Source: Quadrisphaera sp. RL12-1S (GTDB taxonomy: Bacteria; Actinomycetota; Actinomycetes; Actinomycetales; Quadrisphaeraceae). Taken from it: DNA of 24,000 bases. Shown one piece after another: positions 18,535 through 24,000 of the stretch (within the stretch, counting starts at the first letter, position 1; each line of letters starts with the position of its first letter). Location of the stretch: NCBI RefSeq assembly GCF_014270065.1, contig NZ_JACNME010000007.1, forward strand, positions 56,300 to 80,299. Direction: 5' to 3'. The translations under genes and the position numbers were made by a program. The notes below the pieces were generated by a model. It searched no databases and was not told where the DNA came from. It saw nothing but the letters and a program-made list of their open reading frames with translations.

Positions 18535-19658
18535 CCGACTCCCCCGCCGACCCCCCGACCGACCGCCCGACCGACCGCCCGGCCGACCGCCCGGCCGACC
18601 GCCCGGCCGAGCCGGCTCCGCAGGCCGCTGCGGAAGCCGCCCCCGAGGCCGCTGCGGAGCTCCCCCCGCCGCTGCCCGCCCAGCCCTCGGGTGGCGCGTC
18701 CGCGGCGGACCAGCGCGCCCGCGCGGCGCTGGCCGCCGTGCGCGCGGAGGTGGGCAAGGCCGTGGTGGGGCAGGAGGGCGTGGTGACCGGCGTCGTCGTC
18801 GCCCTGCTGTGCGGTGGCCACGTGCTGCTGGAGGGCGTGCCCGGCACCGCGAAGACGCTGCTGGTGCGGGCGCTGTCGGCGTCGCTGTCGATGAGCAGCA
18901 AGCGGGTGCAGTTCACCCCCGACCTCATGCCCGGCGACGTCACCGGCTCCCTGGTCTTCGACGCCCGCGCCGGCGAGTTCGCGTTCCGCCCCGGTCCGGT
19001 CTTCACCCAGCTGCTGCTCGCGGACGAGGTCAACCGCACCCCTCCCAAGACGCAGGCGTCGCTGCTGGAGGCCATGGAGGAGCGCCAGGTCACGGTGGAC
19101 GGCACGGCGCACCGCCTGCCCGAGCCGTTCCTCGTGGCCGCCACGCAGAACCCCGTGGAGCAGGAGGGCACCTACCCGCTGCCGGAGGCGCAGCTGGACA
19201 GGTTCCTGCTCAAGCTGGTGGTGCCGCTGCCGCCGCGCGACACCGAGGTGGAGGTGCTGGCGCGCCACGCGGCGGGCTTCGACCCGCGCGACCTGGCCGC
19301 AGCGGGCGTGCGCGCCGTCGCCGGGCCGGAGGACCTGGCGGCCGCGCGCGCTGCTGTCGCCCGGGTGCACGTGGCGCGCGAGGTGGTCGAGTACGTGGTG
19401 GACGTGGCCCGCGCCACCCGCTCGGCGCCGTCGCTGCGCCTGGGCGCCTCGCCGCGCGGCGCGACCGCGCTGCTGGCCGCGGCCCGTGCGTGGGCGTGGC
19501 TGACCGGTCGAGACTACGTGGTGCCGGACGACGTCAAGGCGTTCAGCCTGCCCGTGCTGCGCCACCGAGTGCAGCTGCGTCCGGAGGCGGAGCTGGACGG
19601 CGCCAGCGTCGACGCGGTGCTGGAGAGCGTGCTGGCCGGCGTGCCGGTCCCCCGGTGA
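18531..19658 (+). CDS. MoxR-family AAA+ ATPase
   Basis: GTG 18531 overlaps the upstream TGA (GTGA) and is preceded by GGAGG. Walker A is [11 protein letters not shown] and Walker B is [23 protein letters not shown]. The sensor/lid region is [26 protein letters not shown]...[11 protein letters not shown] Pro/Ala/Asp/Arg-rich N-terminal extension of about 65 aa precedes the ATPase core. Confidence 0.92.
   Translation: MTDSPADPPTDRPTDRPADRPADRPAEPAPQAAAEAAPEAAAELPPPLPAQPSGGASAADQRARAALAAVRAEVGKAVVGQEGVVTGVVVALLCGGHVLLEGVPGTAKTLLVRALSASLSMSSKRVQFTPDLMPGDVTGSLVFDARAGEFAFRPGPVFTQLLLADEVNRTPPKTQASLLEAMEERQVTVDGTAHRLPEPFLVAATQNPVEQEGTYPLPEAQLDRFLLKLVVPLPPRDTEVEVLARHAAGFDPRDLAAAGVRAVAGPEDLAAARAAVARVHVAREVVEYVVDVARATRSAPSLRLGASPRGATALLAAARAWAWLTGRDYVVPDDVKAFSLPVLRHRVQLRPEAELDGASVDAVLESVLAGVPVPR
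18556..18611 (+). repeat. 12-bp tandem repeat CG(A/G)CCGACCGCC x about 4.6 in the moxR 5' region
   Basis: Copies start at 18556, 18568, 18580 and 18592, with a partial copy at 18604. The repeat encodes [20 protein letters not shown]. Confidence 0.85.
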
Positions 19659-19698
19659 CCAGCCCGGTGACCAGCCCGGTGAGCAGCCCGGTGACCAG
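19651..19698 (+). repeat. 12-bp tandem repeat CCCGGTGA(C/G)CAG x4 spanning the moxR stop codon
   Basis: Copies are at 19651, 19663, 19675 (one substitution) and 19687. Each contains TGA in the moxR frame (19656, 19668, 19680, 19692) and GTG one base earlier. Confidence 0.9.
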
Positions 19699-19725
19699 CC
19701 GGTCCTCCGGCCCGGTGGTCGCGCC

Positions 19726-21117
19726 GTGGTGCTGACGGGCCGGTGGGCTCTGCTGGTGGTGCTCGGCGCGCTGCCCGCGGCGCTGGTGCCGGCGCTGCTG
19801 GGCACCGGGGCCGGGGACGGCGGCGGGGACGGGGCCGCCGGCTGGCTGCGCTGGTCGGGCGTGCTCGGGTGGGCGCTCGTGGTCGTCGTCCTGGTGGTGC
19901 TCGACCTCGTGCTGGCGGGCTCGCCGCGGTCGCTGTCGGTGCGGCGCGAGGAGCCCGGGGCCGTGCGCCTGGGCGAGCGCACCGCCGTGCCGCTGGTGGT
20001 GGAGAACTCCGGCGGCCGCCGGGTGCGCGGGGCGCTGCGCGACGCGTGGCCGCCGTCCGCGGGCGTCGTCGTCCCCCGGGCCGGTCGACACCGCCTCGAC
20101 CTGCCCCCCGGGGAGCGCCGCCGCCTGGTCACCGACCTGGAGCCGTGGCGGCGCGGTGACCGCGAGGCGTCGGCCGTGGTGGTGCGGTCGGTGGGCCCGC
20201 TGGGTCTGGCGGCGCGGCAGCGGACGCTGCCCGCGCCCGGACGGGTGCGCGTGCTGCCGCCCTTCACCTCCCGCCGGCACCTGCCGGCGGCGCTGGAGCG
20301 GCTGCGGCAGCTGGACGGGTCCGCCAGCGTGCAGGTGCGCGGTCAGGGCACCGAGTTCGACAGCCTCCGCGAGTGGGTGGAGGGGGACGACGCCCGCTCC
20401 CTGGACTGGCGCGCCACCGCGCGTCGGGGCACGCCGGTGGTGCGGACCTGGCGCCCGGAGCGCGACCGGCGGGTGCTGGTGGTGCTGGACACCTCCCGCA
20501 CGTCCGCCGCGCGCATCGGCGACGCGCCCCGGCTGGACGCCGCCATGGACGCGTCGCTGCTGCTGGCCGCCGTCGCGGCGACCGCCGGTGACCGGGTGGA
20601 CCTGCTGGCCGCCGACCGCTCCGTGCGCGCCGCCGTGGTGGCGCAGCGACCGCCCGCGCTGATGCCCGCCCTCGTCCAGGCGATGGCCCCGCTGGAGCCG
20701 GCGCTGGTGGAGGCTGACTGGCCGGCGCTGGTGGCCCAGGTGCGCCGCCGCATGCCGCACCGGGGCCTGCTGGTCCTGCTGACACCCCTGGAGCCGGCGG
20801 CCGAGGCGGGCCTGCTGCCCGTGCTGGCCAGCCTCACCGCGCTCCACACCGTGGTGGTGGCGTCCGTGGCGGACCCGGCGCTGGACGTCCTGGCCGCCCA
20901 GCGCGGGGACGGCCCCGGAGGACGCCGTGCCCGTGGGGCGCCTGACGCCGCCGACGCGTACACGGCGGCGGCCGCCGAGCGCACCCGGCTGGAGCGGGCG
21001 GCCATGACCGCCCTGGTGCGGCGCACAGGCGCCGTGGTGGTGGAGGCCGACCCGGAGCACCTGCCACCCCGGCTCGCGGACGCCTACCTGTCGCTGAAGG
21101 CCGCCGGTCGCCTCTGA
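19726..21117 (+). CDS. DUF58 (vWA-like) membrane protein, MoxR partner
   Basis: ORF 19726..21117. Two N-terminal TM helices are followed by the conserved DUF58 core [47 protein letters not shown]. Confidence 0.85.
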   Translation: MVLTGRWALLVVLGALPAALVPALLGTGAGDGGGDGAAGWLRWSGVLGWALVVVVLVVLDLVLAGSPRSLSVRREEPGAVRLGERTAVPLVVENSGGRRVRGALRDAWPPSAGVVVPRAGRHRLDLPPGERRRLVTDLEPWRRGDREASAVVVRSVGPLGLAARQRTLPAPGRVRVLPPFTSRRHLPAALERLRQLDGSASVQVRGQGTEFDSLREWVEGDDARSLDWRATARRGTPVVRTWRPERDRRVLVVLDTSRTSAARIGDAPRLDAAMDASLLLAAVAATAGDRVDLLAADRSVRAAVVAQRPPALMPALVQAMAPLEPALVEADWPALVAQVRRRMPHRGLLVLLTPLEPAAEAGLLPVLASLTALHTVVVASVADPALDVLAAQRGDGPGGRRARGAPDAADAYTAAAAERTRLERAAMTALVRRTGAVVVEADPEHLPPRLADAYLSLKAAGRL

Positions 21118-21161
21118 GGCCGTGGCGCGGACCACCGGGCACGCGCCGGGACCCCCGCGCA

Positions 21162-21194
21162 GCGGAAGATCGACATCCTGGCAAGATCCTCCGC
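21162..21194. promoter_or_regulatory. candidate TetR operator: imperfect inverted repeat GCGGAAGATC-N13-GATCCTCCGC
   Basis: The left arm is 21162-21171. The right arm is 21185-21194, whose reverse complement GCGGAGGATC matches at 9 of 10 positions. It sits in the locally A/T-richer stretch just upstream of the tetR RBS (GGAGG 21196-21200) and ATG 21206. Confidence 0.4.
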
Positions 21195-21205
21195 CGGAGG
21201 TGGGC

Positions 21206-21799
21206 ATGGATCTCATGGAACGGCGACGGCGGGCCGTTCGGCTGGACATCCAGCGCGCGGCCGTGGAGCTGTTCGAGGAGCACGGCGTCGAGGCGGTGGC
21301 GGTGGACCAGATCGTCGCGGCGGCGGGGGTCTCGACGAGCACCTTCCACCGGTTCTGCGCCACCAAGGAGGACGCGGCCACCTGCCACCTGGAGACCGCG
21401 GCCGAGGACCTGGCCGGCGCCGTGGAGCGACGGAGCGGCACGACGCTGCTGCGGGCGGTCCGCGACGCCGCGCAGGAGACGCTCGACGCGGTCGAGGCAC
21501 CGGCGCTGGACCTGCGCCGGACCATCGCCGTGTGCCTCCAGCACCCGCCGCTGACGGCCAGGTGGCTCCTCGTCGGACGGGCGGGCCAGCAGCGGCTGGC
21601 GGAGCTCGTCGGTGGTGCGCCGACCGGTCCCGGCACCCAGCGCGCCGAGGTGCTGGCGGCCGCGGTGATGGGGGCGGTGCTGACCGCCTCGGAGCACTGG
21701 GCGCTGGACGGCGGCTCGCTGGCCGACCACCTGGACCGCTGCTTCGCGGTGCTCGAACCGCTCGACGAGCCCTTCCCGCCCCGTCCTCGGCAGACCTGA
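21206..21799 (+). CDS. TetR/AcrR-family transcriptional regulator
   Basis: ATG 21206 lies 5 nt after GGAGG. The N-terminal helix-turn-helix is RLDIQRAAVELFEEHGVEAVAVDQIVAAAGVSTSTFHRFCATKEDA. The track ORF start at 21122 is unlikely. Confidence 0.85.
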   Translation: MDLMERRRRAVRLDIQRAAVELFEEHGVEAVAVDQIVAAAGVSTSTFHRFCATKEDAATCHLETAAEDLAGAVERRSGTTLLRAVRDAAQETLDAVEAPALDLRRTIAVCLQHPPLTARWLLVGRAGQQRLAELVGGAPTGPGTQRAEVLAAAVMGAVLTASEHWALDGGSLADHLDRCFAVLEPLDEPFPPRPRQT

Positions 21800-21856
21800 C
21801 CGCGGGGCACGTCCCCTCCGTCTCCCCCGGCTCCCCGGGCTCCTCGGTCCCCCGGC

Positions 21857-22852
21857 TCAGCCGGCGACGGGCTCGACGGCCTCGCGCTGCTCCTCGCGCA
21901 CGTCACCGGTCTCGCCGCGGCGGGCCGCGCGGCGGCCGAGCACCCCCGCGTAGGTGAGGAACGCCGCCAGCGCCAGGGCGCCGATGCTGATGCGCGCCCA
22001 GGTGGGCAGTCCGCTGGGGGTCACGAAGCCCTCCACGAGCCCGGACAGGCCGAGCACCGCCACGAGCCCCAGGGCGACGGTGACCAGGGCGCGGCCCTCC
22101 TCGGCGAGCGCGCGGCTGCGCGGCCGCGGGCCCGGGTCGACCAGGGCCCAGAACAGCTTCAGGCCGGCCCCCGCGGCCACGAAGACGCTGGTCAGCTCCA
22201 GGAGGCCGTGCGGGAGGATGAGGCCGAAGAACAGCGGGCCCTTGCCGTAGCTGATCATCAGCCCGGCGGCCACGCCGACGTTGAGACCGTTCTGCAGCAG
22301 CGCCCAGGGCACCCAGAACCCGCTGATCCCGAAGATGACGCACTGGGCGGCGATCCACGCGTTGTTGGTCCACACCCGGGCCGAGAACGCGGCGGCCGGG
22401 TCCGCGGAGTAGTAGCCGGCGAAGTCGGACTCGACGTAGCGGCGCAGCTCCTCGGGGGTGCCCAGCGCGGCGAGGACGGCGGGGTCCCTGACCACCCACA
22501 GCGCCGTGGCCGTGGCCACGGCGAGGGTGAAGGCCGCCGCTCCCGCCGTCCACCAGCGCACCCGCCACAGCGCCGCGGGGAAGGAGGTGGTGACGAAGCG
22601 CGCCAGGTCCCGCCAGGCGGGCTCGCGGGCCCCCGCGATCCGCGTCCGGGCGCGGGCCACCAGCCGCGACAGGTGGGCGGCCACGGCCGGGTCACCGCCT
22701 GAGGACCGCACCTGCGACAGGTGCGTGGCGGCGCGCTGGTAGAGCAGCACGAGCCGGTCCGCCTGGGCGCCGGTCAGCTGCCGGCGCCGGAGCAGCTGCT
22801 CGAGCTCGTCCCACTCGTCGGAGTGCACGGCCGCGAAGGCCTCGGCGTCCAC
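21857..22852 (-). CDS. SpoIIM/DUF95-like integral membrane protein
   Basis: Internal GTG start at 22852 within ORF 21857..23737, reading VDAEAFAAVHSDEWDELEQLLRRRQLTGAQADRLVLLYQRAATHLSQVRS... This is followed by multiple TM helices and the motif FGLILPHGLLELTSVFVAAGAGL, characteristic of the stage II sporulation protein M family. Confidence 0.8.
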   Translation of the reverse strand: MDAEAFAAVHSDEWDELEQLLRRRQLTGAQADRLVLLYQRAATHLSQVRSSGGDPAVAAHLSRLVARARTRIAGAREPAWRDLARFVTTSFPAALWRVRWWTAGAAAFTLAVATATALWVVRDPAVLAALGTPEELRRYVESDFAGYYSADPAAAFSARVWTNNAWIAAQCVIFGISGFWVPWALLQNGLNVGVAAGLMISYGKGPLFFGLILPHGLLELTSVFVAAGAGLKLFWALVDPGPRPRSRALAEEGRALVTVALGLVAVLGLSGLVEGFVTPSGLPTWARISIGALALAAFLTYAGVLGRRAARRGETGDVREEQREAVEPVAG

Positions 22853-22916
22853 CCGCCCAGTGTGCCGTGCCGGCGACCCGTCAGACTGCCGGTCACACCC
22901 CGGCGGAGGAGGGCGA

Positions 22917-23747
22917 GTGGCAGACCGCGACGACGACGCGCTGGTCCTCCCCCCTGCCCTCGTCACGGGCGAGGCCGTGGAGCTGGAGGTCCGCCCCGCC
23001 GGCCTGCTCTCGCGCGTGCTGGCCCTGGCGCTGGACGTCGTCGTCCAGCTGGGCCTGCTCGTCGGCGGGTTCGTGGTGTTCGCGGTGGCCACCGACGGGG
23101 CCGACGAGGCCACGCTCGCCGCCACGGGCCTGGGGCTGTCGGTGCTCGTGCTCGTGGTGCTGCCCGTGACGTGGGAGACGCTCTCGCGCGGCCGCTCCCC
23201 CGGCAAGGCCGCCGCGGGACTGCGGGTGGTGCGCGACGACGGCGGTCCCGTCCGCGCCCGCCAGGCGCTGGTGCGGGCGCTCGCCGCCGTCGGGGAGCTG
23301 TGGATCACGGGCGGCTCGGTGGCCGCGATCGCGTCGCTGGCCTCCCGCCGCGGCAAGCGCGTGGGCGACCAGCTGGCGGGGACCGTGGTGGTGCGCGACC
23401 GGGTGGCGCGCCTGCGGCCGCAGCCGCTGCCGCAGGCGCCGGAGCTCGCGGCCTGGGCGCGCAGCGCCGACGTCGGCATGCTGCCGGGCCGGCTCGCGGT
23501 GGCGGCGCGCACGGCGCTGGCGAGGGCGGACACCCTGCACCCGTCGTCGCGCGAGCGGGTGCTCGGCGCGCTGGCCGCCGAGGTGGCGGCGCTGGTGGCA
23601 CCGCCACCTCCCGCGGGGACGCCGCCTGAGCGGCTGCTGGCGGCCGTCCTGGCGGAGCGGCGCGACCGGGACACGGCTCGGGCGCAGCGCGAGCGCGCCC
23701 GCCGGGACGCGCTGCACGAGCAGGCCCGCCGCCTCACCGGTCTCTGA
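22917..23747 (+). CDS. RDD-family membrane protein
   Basis: GTG 22917 is preceded by GGAGGAGGG. The start reads (M)ADRDDDALVLPPALVTGEAVELEVRPAGLLSRVLALALD. TM helices are present, and the conserved RGRSPGKAAAGLRVVRDDG ... GDQLAGTVVVRDR is typical of RDD proteins. The track start at 22860 is less likely. Confidence 0.8.
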   Translation: MADRDDDALVLPPALVTGEAVELEVRPAGLLSRVLALALDVVVQLGLLVGGFVVFAVATDGADEATLAATGLGLSVLVLVVLPVTWETLSRGRSPGKAAAGLRVVRDDGGPVRARQALVRALAAVGELWITGGSVAAIASLASRRGKRVGDQLAGTVVVRDRVARLRPQPLPQAPELAAWARSADVGMLPGRLAVAARTALARADTLHPSSRERVLGALAAEVAALVAPPPPAGTPPERLLAAVLAERRDRDTARAQRERARRDALHEQARRLTGL

Positions 23748-23759
23748 CGCCCGTCCCCT

Positions 23760-23787
23760 GACCGCAGCCGGGCCTCCGGCTGCGGTC
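23760..23787 (+). terminator. perfect 12-bp stem / 4-nt loop hairpin after the RDD gene
   Basis: GACCGCAGCCGG (23760-23771), loop GCCT, CCGGCTGCGGTC (23776-23787). It lies 13 nt after the stop at 23745-23747. Confidence 0.6.
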
Positions 23788-23818
23788 CCGGACGCGGGGC
23801 GGGGCGCAGGACGACGAC

Positions 23819-23855
23819 GGCGGGCCGCCCCCTCGCGGTGAGGGAGCGGCCCGCC
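23819..23855 (-). terminator. hairpin downstream of adenosylhomocysteinase gene
   Basis: GGCGGGCCGC (23819-23828) pairs with GCGGCCCGCC (23846-23855). An inner CCCTC/GAGGG stem lies inside. The hairpin is about 29 nt downstream of the ahcY stop on the minus strand. Confidence 0.5.
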
Positions 23856-23883
23856 GGGACGCGTCAGCTGGTCGAGCAGCCGC

Positions 23884-24000
23884 TCAGTACTTGTAGTGGT
23901 CCGGCTTGTACGGGCCGGCCACGTCCACGCCGAGGTACTCGGCCTGCGCCTTGGTCAGCTCGGTGAGCTTGGCGCCGAGCGCCTCGAGGTGCAGGCGCGC
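23884..24000 (-). CDS. ahcY: adenosylhomocysteinase, C-terminal end (gene runs off the right edge)
   Basis: The reverse frame ends ...[36 protein letters not shown], then the stop at 23886-23884. The GPYKPDHY(R/K)Y terminus is the hallmark C-terminus of S-adenosyl-L-homocysteine hydrolase. The fragment is too short to appear in the ORF track. Confidence 0.85.
   Translation of the reverse strand, partial: ARLHLEALGAKLTELTKAQAEYLGVDVAGPYKPDHYKY

Noticed and set aside
17767-19698. Short tandem repeats as a possible CRISPR array or mobile-element ends
   Set aside because: The units are 9-12 bp and directly abutting, with no spacers. They lie inside or at the edge of coding sequence, and no cas or transposase genes are present.
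16471-21906. Long minus-strand ORFs 16471..18306, 18354..20267 and 19543..21906, and other overlapping ORFs in the MoxR operon
   Set aside because: All are Arg/Gly/Pro-rich shadows opposite well-supported plus-strand genes. None has a recognisable motif.
22860-22898. TGTG...TCACA resembling a CRP/cAMP-receptor site
   Set aside because: The CRP consensus is TGTGA-N6-TCACA, and here the half-sites are about 27 nt apart. It is retained only as a generic inverted repeat.

Overview
This window is a very high-G+C actinobacterial chromosomal core segment, with G/C at almost every third codon position in the real frames. I support 21 protein-coding genes. I see no rRNA, tRNA, CRISPR array, transposase or integrase.

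Gene order, left to right:
- partial conserved hypothetical (-)
- LysM protein (+)
- Rv3235-family protein (+)
- secA (-)
- tandem-GNAT acetyltransferase (+)
- small acidic hypothetical (+)
- YcaQ/AlkZ-like DNA glycosylase (-)
- orphan LuxR-type response regulator (-)
- long-form hpf (-)
- comF-like phosphoribosyltransferase (-)
- lpqB, mtrB, mtrA (-)
- a five-gene operon (+): polytopic membrane protein, DUF4129, DUF4350, MoxR AAA+ ATPase, DUF58
- TetR regulator (+)
- SpoIIM/DUF95-like membrane protein (-)
- RDD membrane protein (+)
- the 3' end of adenosylhomocysteinase (-)

Most long ORFs in the six-frame track are off-frame or antisense shadows, as expected at this G+C. Several true starts are internal to the listed ORFs: secA, hpf, mtrA, mtrB, DUF4350, moxR, tetR, spoIIM-like and RDD.

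I do not see a clear-cut new defence or mobile system. The items most worth follow-up are:
1. An array of five same-orientation DnaA-box-like 9-mers between lpqB and comF.
2. The functionally uncharacterised, almost entirely membrane-anchored MoxR module that shares a tiny divergent control region with mtrA.
3. A 12-bp x4 tandem repeat that reiterates the moxR stop codon and breaks the otherwise tight translational coupling of that operon.
4. The absence of any ATG/GTG/TTG start upstream of the conserved N-terminal motif of mtrB.

All functional interpretations beyond family assignment are inference.
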